A DNA stretch of 64,000 nt from Eledone cirrhosa (GCA_964016885.1 OZ024753.1:682001-746000); one strand, 5' to 3'; shown: positions 26,492-39,354, numbered from the stretch's first letter. Notes: generated from the letters alone by a model not told the origin. Numbers and translations: made by a program.

Positions 26492-26812
26492 ACTCAGGCC
26501 TGGAGAGGATGGACTCAGGCCTGGAGAGGATGGACTCAGGCCTGGAGAGGATGGACTCAGGCCTGGAGAGGATGGGCTCAGGCCTGGAGAGGATGGGCTC
26601 AGGCCTGGAGAGGATGGACTCAGGCCTGGAGAGGATGGACTCAGGCCTGGAGAGGATGGACTCAGGCCTGGAGAGGATGGACTCAGGCCTGGAGAGGATG
26701 GACTCAGGCCTGGAGAGGATGGACTCAGGCCTGGAGAGGATGGACTCAGGCCTGGAGAGGATGGGCTCAGGCCTGGAGAGGATGGACTCAGGCCTGGAGA
26801 GGGTGGGCTCTG
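26492..26812. repeat. 21-bp minisatellite (GGACTCAGGCCTGGAGAGGAT, ~15 units)
   Basis: Direct tandem repeat embedded in a dispersed repeat that is also found at 48745-48865. Confidence 0.95.
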
Positions 26813-27084
26813 CCAGGCTTGGGATACCCAAGAAATTCTGCATGTCAATACATCGCCCCTACGACTCCATCAGGAGTTACGGAACCATACCATGCCAACA
26901 ATATGATAGGCCTGGCAGCAACCCTATTATTAAAACATCCAAGAAACTCCCTATTAAATACAATCTTATAAAGGGCCAGCTAAGCATACATAGATGTCAT
27001 CATCATCATCAACGTTTAACGTCCGTGTTCCACGAAGCTGTGAATTTATTTTTCATTTATCACCAAAAGCACTTCTAACAGAAC

Positions 27085-27685
27085 CTGCAGCAACAACTAG
27101 TTACTGCACCATTAACAGCAGCAGTACTAACAGTAGTGCAACTACTAACATTAACAGCATCAACATCTGCTGCAGCACAGCCACTGACAGCAGTAGCTGC
27201 ATCACTGCATCACCACCCCTAACAACAGTTGCTGCAACACCACTACCAGAAGCTGCACCTCCACGACCAGTAACAGCAGTAACAGCTGCACCACTACCAC
27301 CACCAGTAGCTACACCACCACCAGTAACAGCAGTAGCTACACCACTAACAGTAACTGCTGCACCACCACCACTAACAACTAACAACACTAGCTGCACCAC
27401 CACCACTAACAACTAACAATAGTAGCTGCACCACCACCACTACTAACAACTAACAATAGTAGCTGCACCACCACCACTACTAACAACTAACAATAGTAGC
27501 TGCACCACCACCACTACTAACAACTAACAATAGTAGCTGCACCACCACCACCACTAACAACTAACAATAGTAGCTGCACCACCACCACCACTAACAACTA
27601 ACAATAGTAGCTGCACCACTAGTTACACCACCACCAGTAACAGCAGTAGTAGCTGCACTACTGCACCACCACTAACAGCAACAGA
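27085..27685. repeat. CAC/CAG/AAC low-complexity tract including a ~37-bp tandem unit
   Basis: TAACAACTAACAATAGTAGCTGCACCACCACCAC(T/C)AC is repeated about 6 times. Confidence 0.9.
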
Positions 27686-27844
27686 CAATGTCAAACTAAG
27701 ATGGCAGCAATGCACCAACCTATATTTGGCTGATTTCCAACATTCACTGTTACTGCAGTAACTATAATATTGCTATTGTGGCACTTTCTTTGGGACACAA
27801 GCAGAAAAATACTCAGATTTACTGCTAGTTACAGTTTAAATTAA

Positions 27845-28035
27845 CCCATACACATACATACATGCTACTTGCTCTATCTATCTCCTCTCTCTCTGTATAT
27901 ATCTGTCCCCATACACATACATACATGCTACTTGCTATATCTATCTCCTCTCTCTCTGTATATATCTGTCCCCATACACATACATACATGCTACTTGCTC
28001 TATCTATCTCCTCTCTCTCTGTATATATCTCTGTC
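27845..28035. repeat. 63-bp tandem repeat, 3 units
   Basis: CCCATACACATACATACATGCTACTTGCTCTATCTATCTCCTCTCTCTCTGTATATATCTGT is repeated. Confidence 0.9.
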
Positions 28036-28993
28036 TCTCTCTGTATATGTGTATGTATATGCATACATATACATATATACTTACTGGCACATGCACATAT
28101 ATATATATATGTGTATGCATGCATGCATACATACATTCATTCACACATATCACTTTCCCTGCTACTCTATCAGTCATTCCCTGCCACTAATATCACCACC
28201 ACCATCCTTACCATCACCACCATCATTCACTGCCACCACCATCATCATCATAATTTCCCCTCTTAAAATAGATGAACATCTTCATCCATGTCTAACTCAT
28301 ACAAACACAAACATGATACACACACACACACATACATACATATATATTATAACGAGTCAGGACCTGATGGCTGAGCTGTTGCTATTTCAACAGCTAGTTC
28401 CAGTCTAGTGTACTGGGTACTTTTTGTCATGACACCCACATGACCACTTTACTGTGTGGGCAGGATGCTTTTATTTTGTTGTGATGGCAACATAACTTTA
28501 CAGTGTAAGGGTGGTGTGGACTGGAATGGGAGTGCGGGTGTAGGGGAGTGGAGGATATAGTGGTTAAGAGGTGCCTACTAGATGTGTGTTTGAGTCTGTG
28601 CACATGGGAAGGTGTGTCATCTGTATTACTGCATAATGCCAAAGATCTCAATCCTGTGTCATTGTCTTCAAGAGCTGCAATTGCACAAGGTCAGCTTTTA
28701 TCACCTCATCCTGGGTCCTCTGACTCCATAGTTTCCATCAGTTTTGATCGCACTGCATCTTTTTATACAGCTCTTGTCCTTTGTATGCATCAGAGAAAAT
28801 GGATGTTAAGTAATGATGATAATATATTAGCATCATTATCATCATTTTATGTCTATTTTCTACACAGGAATGGGTTGGAAATGTTCTCGTGGTCTGAGGT
28901 TAGACAAATTAAGGAAAAACATCAAGCTCACACATTTTATATTTTGGCATGTTTTCTACGGTTGGATGCCTTTCCTAACACCAACCACATTAA

Positions 28994-29214
28994 CCTTTTA
29001 GTATTTAAATTGGCTGTATCCGGCCAGAATTCTTTCACCTCTTTCTGTTCAAACTGGCCATAACTGGCCACTCATACTGATGTTAAAGTATTGTTCTCAA
29101 AATAAATAATATCAAAATCTCAAAGATTCAATATTTTATGAGATAATTCTGTGAGATAAAGCCTTTACCATAAAAATACAATAGTAAATATAGAGTAATG
29201 TAACTGTTAAAGGG
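28994..29214. mobile_element. piggyBac-type MITE
   Basis: TTAA-flanked TIRs with the family interior. Confidence 0.8.
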
Positions 29215-30004
29215 TTAAAGAATGTGCTGGGTGCATTTTATCATGGCATGAGCATTAGAAGGAAATGAAATGAAATTTACAGTTCACATCATTGATCACT
29301 TAGTTGGCCTCCTATGAGATTGCATCATAGAGGTTTCTTGGGTGTTTAAATGATAGGGGCTCCATGTCTATCATTCCAGCACTAGGGAGGTTGTCATCTC
29401 CTTGACAAGCCTGTAAAATCCTTTCAACCCTATATTGTCTCCATTCTATGTGTGCGTATGTGCATGCAACCATACCCTGGAAACTTTCCTGTTGAGAATA
29501 TCTTGAGAAAGAAGACAATGCATTGAAGGTCAAAGGCTATAATTCAGCAACTTCTCGAGTGTCGTCTGGTATCTTAACAGCCAGACACAGACACTCCTGC
29601 TCTTTCCCTCTTTCTTCCTTACTGCATTGGAAGAATTGTTATTGCATCAGATGACATGCATTGAAGTATGTTGATGATGATGTGTATAGAAAGGAGAGAG
29701 ACTGACAGAGAAGGGAAATGAGTTAAATTAGGAAAAGTGGATGACATCATCATACACTACAAAGTAGGGTAAGGGTGTTGAACTCACAATCATAAGATCA
29801 TGGATTTGATCAAAAGACCAGGCAGCCCATTATGTTCTTGAATAAGATGCTTCATTTCCCATTACCTTTCTTGATAGAAACAGGGATCCTACCATTAATA
29901 GACCCAAGCTACCTCATATGAAGCCAACAAAACTGACATAGGTGCGAGTTGCAAATTTAATTTCATTTACTCATTTCTTTCAAACATTAATAGTAGCAGT
30001 CTCA

Positions 30005-30400
30005 TTCTCTTATATACACATATAAACACCAGTCCAAACACAAAAGAACCAAACTCCCACTGTCACCATCCTTACCACTCCTCCTATCTCTCATTATTGT
30101 AAGCAAATGGGGGCCTACACGCTGGCCATTCCATGGCCCTGGCAGACAGAATAGAGAAGGTGTTTTCCCGGAGGATGGTGGGGAGATACGCGCTGGACGA
30201 GCCATTCCAGCTTGCGAGGCGAGCACCTGCAACTACACAGCTCTGTCATGATGCTGAGCATGGAGGTGGCTCTAGGGCTAAGGACACCAGAAATTTCCAC
30301 TGCCATGGGTTCAACTGTAAATCTGTTGGAGAGCAACTGACATTTGGAGAGTTTACCGTCCTTGGCAGGAAGTGCAGCAGATCTTGAGTTAGTATAGAAA
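30005..30400 (-). mobile_element. CRE-like non-LTR 3' fragment (restriction-like endonuclease region)
   Basis: It reads KLSKCQLLSNRFTVEPMAVEISGVLSPRA...RKLEWLVQRVS, similar to KY..L...F.P.A.ET.G......RE..WL.QR.S. Confidence 0.65.
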
Positions 30401-31866
30401 AAGACAAAACACTCAGACATCATTTAGATTCATTCAGAAGCTAGTCAAATGAAATACAAGTGGAAAGAAGACTGAAGTGAATAAGAGAGAGAGAGCGAGA
30501 GAGAGAGCGAGAGAGAGAGCGAGAGAGAGAGCGAGCGAGAGAGCGAGCGAGAGAGAGAGAGCGCCATGCAGTTGTAGTAGACAAGTGGTTAAAACAAAGA
30601 AAATGTCATCAAGTGCAAGACAAACCACAGAAAGCAAACAAGGTTTATTATCGATGCAACAATAACACACCCATATATATATATGTCAGGAAATAGTAAG
30701 ACCAGTTGAACAGGGTAGAATACTGCCTGGGAGAGGATCTAATGAAAGTGAGCTAGAATCAAGCACATACATACATACATACAGATATATATACATACAC
30801 ACATATATCTATATGAATACATGCATACACACACGCGCATATACATATACACACATACACATATATGTGTGAGTGTGTATGTTGTGTGCTGTGGTGTGGT
30901 GTGTGTGTAACTTTAATATTTATTAAGAACATGAGATCTGCGAGATGGAAGACATTCCTATCGTGACCATCCTGCTGTTTTACAGCATACTCAAAACCAC
31001 ATTAGTAATAATTTAACTCTTAATACCCTGTAATAATTTAGAAGGAATATCTAAAAACGGATTTGTTAATTCAAATGTATATAATTAGAGCATTGGCCTT
31101 GCAATCGAAAGGTTGTGAGTTCAATTCTCAGACCGGGTGGTGTGTTGTTTCCTTGAGCAAGACACTTTATTTCACATTGCTCCAATTTACTTAGCTGTAG
31201 AAATGAGATGATAGGGACTGGGTTCCCTATCATTCCACTGCAAAGATTTAAGGTAAGGTTTAGTTGCTCTTCTAGTGTATTAGTAATGAAAATCAAGGGA
31301 AATAGCTTCAAGCAGCAATCACACACTGCATTGCGGACTTGCTTTACCAACAGAAGCTTTATAGCATTCTTATGCTCACCATCAATCAACAACAAAATAT
31401 TCATTTATTTCACAGTCTATGAGGTACAGTATGAGCCAAGGCAGCAGTATTCTAGGCTGTTAGATCTATAACACAAACTCAATCTATGAATAAATATATG
31501 CAAGGGTGTAAATGTATGTGAGAGTGTGTGTATATATACCACAAACTCACCTATACAGCATACACAGACACACAATTATATAATGGAAATACATATTTAC
31601 CCATACACACAAACACACACACACACATGTATACACACACACACACATATATATATACACACATACACACACATATATATATATATATATACATTCATAT
31701 TTATTTATACATATATACATACATACACACACACACACACACATAAATTCATTCATATTTATTTATACATATATATATATATATACAACCATGCTTCATT
31801 TGATGTGCAGTGTAATTGTGAGAGAAAGGTAGAGCTTGGATGAACTGAGAGAGAAACTAGGTTTAA

Positions 31867-32080
31867 CCGTTTAGCATTCACATTACTCTATATATATACT
31901 ATTTTCATGGTAAATGCTTTACCTCGCATAATTATCTCACATAATATCGAATCTATGAGATTTTGAAAGTATTTATTTTGAGAACAATACCTTATCAGTT
32001 TGAGCGACCAGTTACAGCCAGTTTCAACAGAAAGTGGTAGAGAATTCTGGCCAGTTTTGACCGGTTTGAACATTAAAGGG
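31867..32080. mobile_element. piggyBac-type MITE
   Basis: TTAA-flanked TIRs. Confidence 0.8.
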
Positions 32081-32084
32081 TTAA

Positions 32085-32380
32085 GAAGAATCTGAGATGG
32101 TGTGCCGGATATAAGACTGCATTGGTTTGGACATGTGATGCACATGGACACTGACTGAAGGGTGAATAAATGCCAGGAAATCCCAGTGGGAGGAAGCAGT
32201 AGGAGAGGATAACAAAGAAAGACCTGGGAAGAGGTCGTGAGAGCTGATCTCAAATTGCTAAGACTGTCATAGGAGTTGATGAAGGAACGTGACAAGTGGA
32301 GAGATGCTGTGCTGAGAAGAACCTGTCCAACCCATGCAAGCATGGAAAAACGGATGTAATGATGAGGATGATGATGATGT
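32085..32380 (+). mobile_element. RTE LINE 3' fragment
   Basis: It reads RLHWFGHVMHMD...RKTWEEVVRADL...WRDAVLRRT, followed by a hairpin and a (TGA)n tail. Confidence 0.8.
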
Positions 32381-32519
32381 GACCATTAACAGAAACCATG
32401 AAAACAGTTTAGATGATGATGATGATGATGATGTAAAGATTTTTCAATGACAAGAAAAGAGAAAAATATGGGGGACATAAACAAATAAATAAAAATGGGG
32501 TTAGAGAGGGAACAAAGTC

Positions 32520-32815
32520 TTCACCCTTCACAGGATGGTGTGTCCCAGCTGTAGACAAAGTTGTGAAAGCATTGCTATGGACAACAATGACATTCACTGC
32601 ACAAGCCATTCCACTTCACAGGGTTCCTTCCTCAGGCGTGATGCCCTCCTACCAGCCTTGTGGAGGAAACCATACCAAGGAAGACACAAAAAAAAGAAGC
32701 GCTGAGTGAAAGCCCGATATTTAATCATCTTCCTATCCTCGGTGGCAGTCTGCGAATTGAGGACACCTGAAGTCTCAATCGCAATCAGCACAAAAAGGAA
32801 AGAGTCAATCAAAGC
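32520..32815 (-). mobile_element. CRE-like non-LTR 3' relic
   Basis: It reads FLFVLIAIETSGVL...KEPCEVEWLVQ...VVHSNA. A similar relic lies at about 25490-25630. Confidence 0.5.
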
Positions 32816-32982
32816 CTTGTTTTTAGTTATACACTATACTTTATTAGCCTACAAACAATTTTCACTGTACTTATACTATGCCATGGCATAGGCTTTTAAA
32901 TCCTGACAAATGGTGTGCCTTGACCATTTTAAACATGCCAGGACCTATCTTTTTCAAAAGTTGAATACAGTTGATTTCTTCC

Positions 32983-33076
<94 letters not shown>

Positions 33077-34456
33077 AAAGAAAGAATTGACCTCAGCATT
33101 AAACTGATTTTTTTTATTGACCTTGAAAGGATGAAAAGCAAAGACCACCTCACCTTGGCAGGAGTTGAACTGAGTGGAGAGAGTCAGAAAGAATACTGCA
33201 AAGCATTCTATCTGTTCTAATGACTGTCGATTCACAGCCTTTACACATATACTAACTTACCAATGCAATCTTCACTACATTTTCATTAAACTAGTGGATC
33301 GGTGCTGTCAATAATGATGGCAATAGCATTAAATGTATTTAATTTTTAGAGTCAAGAATCAGTATGCCATATATACCAGGATTACTGGATATATGAACAA
33401 TCATACAAACTAGAAAATTTGCATTTTGATAAATTAATGGTTTGCATCAGAGAATATATAAAGTTCATGGAGAAATGATAAAAGATCACAATGATATTTT
33501 AATAATTTATTTCCAGGGTATAATTACATAAACCTTCAGTATAGATTTACAAATGACATAAGGATTAAATGCATGGGTAACATTATGGAAATAACTATTA
33601 AGACAACTGTTGGGTTAGAACCTAGGACCTTGTGTCTGGAATGCAAACTTATTGTAGCAACATGTCTGAGATAGGAAATACACTGTGTGTATGTGTGTAA
33701 ATGTGTGTGTAAATGTGTCTGTAAATTTGAAAGAGTTAGAGTGAGAGAGAGAAATATATAAACACATATGGTGCATTAATATGGTTGATGGTAGCTTACA
33801 AACACAGTCTCCATGATACTATTCTATACAGTACTATACTATACTCTTGCAACACCATAAGAGGACAGGACAATTCTGTAATGGTGCAATGCAGATATGG
33901 CTGCTAATAATAATAATGCAAAAAGAAGAAGAGAAGGAGGAAATAGTGAAGTGATTAGTCTGTGAAATAAACTTCAATATAACCTCACCATATTTAGCAG
34001 TTCCTCATAAAACTGATTGTCGATTTTAACCAAAAAAATGTCTTCCCTATGTGAATATTTTATAGTTATACAAACAAAATAAACACTAGAATTAGCATTA
34101 GAATTATTGTTTTATGTCTATTTTTCCATGTTTGCAAGGGTTTGGATAAAGCCCAGAGCTTATCCTAATGTCATGGGTGTTAAGTGACAGGTTTACAGGG
34201 CAAAGTTGTTTCCAGGTGAGTGAACTTGAGCAATGTGAAATGTAGTGTTCTGCACAAGGACACAATATATCGTTCATTCTTGGAATTGAACTAATGATTA
34301 TGACTGTGAGCCCAACAACCTAACCACTACGCTACATGTCTTCATGGAATAAACACTTACAGGCCTAAATGGGTATGTAAATGCTAAGCTGCTTTATCAA
34401 ATTATGCTGAAACTTCACTAACAACCAGAAGGATTATCATAATAGTAGTTGAAAAC

Positions 34457-34595
34457 ATTAATACAATATACATCGGGTATTAATATTAATACAATATACA
34501 TCATGTATTAATATTAATACAATATACATCATGTATTAATATTAATACAATATACATCATGTATTAATATTAATACAATATACATCGGGTATTAA
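34457..34595. repeat. 28-bp AT-rich minisatellite, 5 units, with palindromic junctions
   Basis: The unit is ATTAATACAATATACATC(AT/GG)GTATTAAT. Confidence 0.9.
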
Positions 34596-34597
34596 AC

Positions 34598-34958
34598 AGT
34601 CTGAGTTTAAATCCCGCCGAGGTTAACTTTGCCTTTCATCCTTACGGGGTCGATAAAATAAAGTACCAGTAATGTTCTGGGTAATTGCTGGCCTTGTGCC
34701 AAAAGTAGAAACAATATGGTGAAAGGCTGGTCAATCATGCAGCATTTTAAACCTTTAGCATTTAAACCAGCCAAAATTCTCTCACCCCTTTCTGTTCAAA
34801 CCAGCCACAACCAGCCACTCATACTGACGTTAAGGTATTGTTTTTAAAATAAATATCAAAATCTCATAGATTTGATATTATGTGAGATAATTATGCGAGG
34901 TAAGGCTTTTACTTCCAAAATATAATAGTAAATATAGAGTAATGTAAATGCTAAAGTG
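34598..34958. mobile_element. SINE 3' part followed by a piggyBac-type MITE (34751-34958)
   Basis: Both family sequences are recognisable. Confidence 0.75.
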
Positions 34959-35559
34959 TTAAATGACAGAACTTTGTATGTGTCTTGTGTCAATACACAT
35001 ATACACTTTAGCTGTTCAATATATGTCTGTGTACATCTGGCTGACTGATACATTGCGGAAATTTGAAATGTAGTCGTCTGAACATATATTACTGTAACAG
35101 TTGATCTGCAGGGGTATTTTACCTGATTTTATTACTACTATTTATAGTGAACAATTCTTCTTATAGTAATTTATGCTGGAATCATTACATTTCAAATATA
35201 TGGTGATCATCGTATGTATGTGTGTGTGTATGTGTGTGCGCGTATGCATGTGCGTGTGTACATATACATATATCAACAAACAGGCATTGAAAGACTGGAA
35301 AAATTTGGTTAGCAGAGACTGGTAGGTAGGAGATAAGCTAGATGGCAGGTATACGCAGCTCGGAGATATGCTGAAAAAAGAAAGTTTGCCAATATCTTTA
35401 GACCTGGCTTGTCTCATAACGGGACAACTCATCTAACCCATGTTAGTGTGGAAAAATGGATGTTAAACAGTGATAGTGATGATGACAATATATATGTATG
35501 TATGTTATATGTATGTTATATGTATGTTATATGTATGTTATATGTATGTATGTAAATAT

Positions 35560-35842
35560 CTTGGTTAAGAGAGTGGGACTAGCTTTGTGCAGTGCCTTTG
35601 CTCACTATAAAAGCTTCACGGCACAGGCATTACTCTATATCTGGAGATCTCTCTGCATTTGTCGTCACATGGTGCCATGGGCCCAGCACTATGTGTCAAT
35701 AATTGTCACAAGTGTAGTGTTTGTACCAGAGTTTTCAAGTCGCTGGCTGGACTAAAAAGTCACACTCGTTCAGCGCATCGGCAGGGGTTCTCCTACATGG
35801 ATATAAAATAGCCGTACTCTTAAACGAGTTGGCAGCCACCAT
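35560..35842 (+). mobile_element. Short RTE derivative (leader-end motif joined to C2H2 finger and 3' end)
   Basis: GTGCAGTGCCTTTGCTCACTATAAAAGC..GCACAGGC is followed by CSVCTRVFKSLAGLKSHTRSAH and ACTCTTAAACGAGTTGGCAGCCACCAT. Confidence 0.6.
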
Positions 35843-35857
35843 GTATGTATGTATGTA

Positions 35858-36610
35858 TGTTCTTCTGGTTTTATAATTTCACAAAGTTTTCCCAATAGAG
35901 AGAGAGTTGCTTTCTAACATAGACACAAGACTCTCTCATTGGAATTTACACAACATCAACTAGGTAGATATGTATGTATGCATGCATGTGTAGATATAGA
36001 TGTTATTGTATGTGTGGATGTGTATGTTTTGAGTTGTATGTGTGTATGTGTATATGCTTTGTATCTGTACATGTGTATATGCTGTTATTAGATGCAAAAT
36101 TTTTGGAATGTTTTACATATTTTTACCGTTCCATTAATGGATTGTACTTGTAATTTCCTAACTAGTTGTGTTCTTTCTGTTCCTGTGAAGCCTAGCTTGA
36201 TTGAGGCAGTTACTAACATATCCCAGTGCCCCAATAATCACAGGCATAAATCTGAAGGTGTACTCAGGGTGGAGTATCTGCAGATTTCTCATCAGTTCTG
36301 TATAAATATTCTCCTTTTCACTAATCTTTGATATTATATTGGCATCTGCTGGGCAGCTAATTTCCACTACTGTGCATGTTTTCTTCTCCCTGTCCCATAT
36401 CATAATATCTGGTCTGTTATCCCTGCATTTTATTGGGGTTTTTACTGGAACATTCCACCAGTACTCTTTCATATTATGTACATGGATGTCTTCTACATTG
36501 TTGTAGCTTTTAATGTGTTTATTATCGGGGCTATCTTTTTTACGAACTGCATTGTACAGTGTTTTGGCCACTACATCATGCCTCATAGGTAGTAGTACCG
36601 CGATGACATC
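35858..36610 (-). mobile_element. R4/Dong-clade non-LTR retrotransposon, 5'-truncated (RLE domain and 3' UTR)
   Basis: It reads RHDVVAK...YWWNVPVKTPIKCRDNRPDIMIWD...VVEISCP...EKENIY...PVIIGALG, containing the RHD, RPD, E, K..Y and GALG motifs. Confidence 0.88.
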
Positions 36611-36629
36611 TATGTATGTATAGATATAT

Positions 36630-37170
36630 GTCAGGTCGCTCTTGAGTGCTACTGGTAACATGTAACCCAATACAACCTGTCTCATGGTTGGGTTGTCGGC
36701 AACTAAATCGGCAGCCTCACCGAGCTTGCTTCGTGAGGAGGGTGATATCTGGACACCCTGCAGGATGAAATACAAAACTCAACAAAGGGCGGAGGAACTC
36801 AGCAGAGTTAATGGCTATCCAAATAGTACTTTTCTTTTTTTTTTCACCTGGGAGTGAAAGGCCCCCAGTTTTTGTCACAACACCTTTCTAGGAGAGGGAA
36901 ACTCCTGAAAAAAAACCAAAAAAACCTGCGACTTCAGAAGCATCCGATGATGTTGACCAGTTTTCCTTTTTGGGTAGTGTTTTTGATGCTCAGTGAGTGG
37001 GATTGGTCGAGTGCAAGGCCTTTCCCCACTTAAAAAACATTCAAAGCACAGGCATTGCTTGTTCAGGATATGTTACAGGTTCGTGTGGCTGGCCGTAGCC
37101 TAAAAGTGCACTGAACTGTATAATCTGACAAGTGATTGCAATACTCTTAGCAGAGTTTGCAGCCATCATA
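36630..37170 (+). mobile_element. Non-autonomous RTE-derived element (5' UTR-like region fused to 3' end)
   Basis: It has RTE-leader-like motifs (CTAGGAGAGGGAAACTC, GTGCAAGGCCTTTCCCCACTTAAAA..GCACAGGC). The end ACTCTTAGCAGAGTTTGCAGCCATCAT is shared with 35815-35842. Confidence 0.55.
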
Positions 37171-37417
37171 TATAGATATACATAAGGGTAGGCTGAAAAG
37201 TTCATATGCTGACTATGAAGTCATGCTAGAGCTGCGAAATCTTGCATGCATTAATTTCAGTGAGGAAAACCTATTCCTGAGTTTTAGGAACTCACATGCT
37301 AAGTATTAACATGATTGGTCCACTAGTTTTTAAGTGCATCAGAGACAAACAGAAACAAATGAGCCATTATATATATATGTGTGTATATATATAAATATTT
37401 ATGCATATATATTTATA

Positions 37418-37630
37418 CCGTATTTTCCGGCTCCGAAGACGCTGCGTCCTCAAGGACACACCCTAATTTTGACAAACAAAAATCTGAAAAAAAATAATAC
37501 ACTTTGATCTTAGCCAAAAGGCCAGGAAGTGAAAAATAATAATAAACAACCTTCGGCCACCAGGACGCACGGTAGATTTTTGAGACTTATTTTAGGAAAA
37601 AAGTAGCGTCTTCGACTCCGGGAAATACTG
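37418..37630. mobile_element. Tc2/pogo-type MITE
   Basis: The ends read TA|CCGTATTTTCCGGCTCCGAAGACGC ... GCGTCTTCGACTCCGGGAAATACTG|TA. Confidence 0.85.
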
Positions 37631-37665
37631 TAAGTATATGTGTGTGTATATATATAAATATGTGG

Positions 37666-37696
<31 letters not shown>

Positions 37697-37819
37697 GTGG
37701 TTGGTGTTGTTGAACCTCTATCATTTCCACTGATGAAAGCTCCAGTTATTTCAATAAACACATCTGCCTACTCAGGAAATGTAAAAGGCTGCGTACTGCA
37801 CAGACATGTGGACCCCTAA

Positions 37820-37928
37820 CCTTTAGCACGCTAGAAATGTTTATGAATTACTTTCCTTGACACTGTATCATGTATTAAGCGGAGATTACTTTATTAGCAC
37901 CTTACGTCGCCTAGAACGCGCTAAAGGT
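37820..37928. mobile_element. Small TIR element with piggyBac-like ends
   Basis: The ends read TAACCTTTAGCACGCTAG ... CTAGAACGCGCTAAAGGTTAA. Confidence 0.55.
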
Positions 37929-38429
37929 TAATGTAGTTCTCAGGGAGATTCAGCATAATGCAGCTGAGTGGACTGGAGCAATATGAAATCAAGAGTCTTG
38001 ATCAAGATACAATGTACTGCCTGGTTCTGGAATCAAACTCATAACTGTATGATCATGAGCCTAACACTGCACCACATGCCTTCACTGCACACATGCACAT
38101 ACACGTAATTATTGTGATTACAAAATAAAGTTCTATTTTAACATTCTTTAAATGTTCTCTTTTTAATCTTCAGCCACCAAACAGACAGATAAGAGAAATG
38201 AATATCGTCAGATAAAACAATTCTGATATAGTTTTATCTCCCTCAACCAGTTCCTAATTCCTATTAATTCTGAATAGTCTATTTGTTTCTTCCAAACTGT
38301 CAGACAACTCTCAGATTGTGCTACACCTATCAATAGACCTCTTTCTAAATAACATGCAAAATAGACTGTATGGCACAGTGTTGTTCAAGCTGGCATTTTG
38401 GTTCATTTTTTTCTTTTAATTGATGACTT

Positions 38430-38915
38430 TTCTGCAATTCGCTATCTTTAATTCAGTTTTCGGGCAAACTCTTAACCAAGGTCATGAACCTTGGGTAATG
38501 ACCGAAAGAATACGATTGCAAATACAGGCAACTGAAATGGGATTCCTCCAAAGGGTCTTTGTAGTAACGTTACTTAATAAAGTGTGTAGCTTGGAGATCA
38601 GAGAGTCACTCCAGATAGAGCCGCTACTTCTCCAAATTGAGAGATCACAGTTCTGATGCTATGGGTTTGTGGTTAGAATGTTTTCAGGAAAGAATCGCTG
38701 AACAGATTTTATGGGTAAAACCAGCTGGCAGGAGACCCAGAGATAGACTCCGAGCAAGATGGTTGGATAACATCCATGACCTTGTCTGGTCACGCTTGGG
38801 GATCCAGCTAGATCAGTTGGAGACAGTTGCTTCTGACAAGATCCACTGGAGGGAGTGTTTGAGGACTCTGCCCCCATGACCCTCTCAGGAATAAGTGGGT
38901 GAGAAAGAAGAAGAC
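38430..38915 (+). mobile_element. Rex3/Expander-like RTE-clade LINE 3' fragment
   Basis: It reads GHEPWVMTERIRLQIQATEMGFLQRV...EPLLLQIERSQ...GRRPRDRLRARWLDNI and has a (GAA)n tail. Confidence 0.85.
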
Positions 38916-39354
38916 TTTTTTTCTTCATTTGAAAATTGATAATATATAGCTTATCAATAATCCTTGCTAATGATACTTAGCTTCTTTTCTAAAACGTGCT
39001 AACAATATTTGAATTGTTTGCTAAGCTTACTAATAATGTTAGTCTTGTTTTCTAACCCCTCCTAATATTTTTTATTTAGTTAGCTAATTTTTGTTAATAA
39101 TCTTTGGTTATTAGCTAACCATTGCTGCTAATAACCTTCAGTTTATTAGCTAACCTTTGCTATTAATAATCTTTAGTTTGTTAGTTAACCATTGCTAGTA
39201 ATCTTTGGCTTTATTGCTTAAGTACAAGTTCAGGGATATGAACTGATGGAATTGCTAGTGTGAAACTATGTTTTGCAGATCACAGTATCTATTCCAGCTC
39301 TTAACATTCTAAGTTACAATTCTCTACCGTACTGGTAACCCATCAAAGTTAACT

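Noticed and set aside
26446-27078. 210-aa repeat protein ORF (SGLERMD)n
   Set aside because: It is a by-product of a stop-free 21-bp minisatellite and is open on both strands.
37725-37790. Hammerhead ribozyme core (CTGATGA...GAAA)
   Set aside because: I could not build stems I-III around the core.
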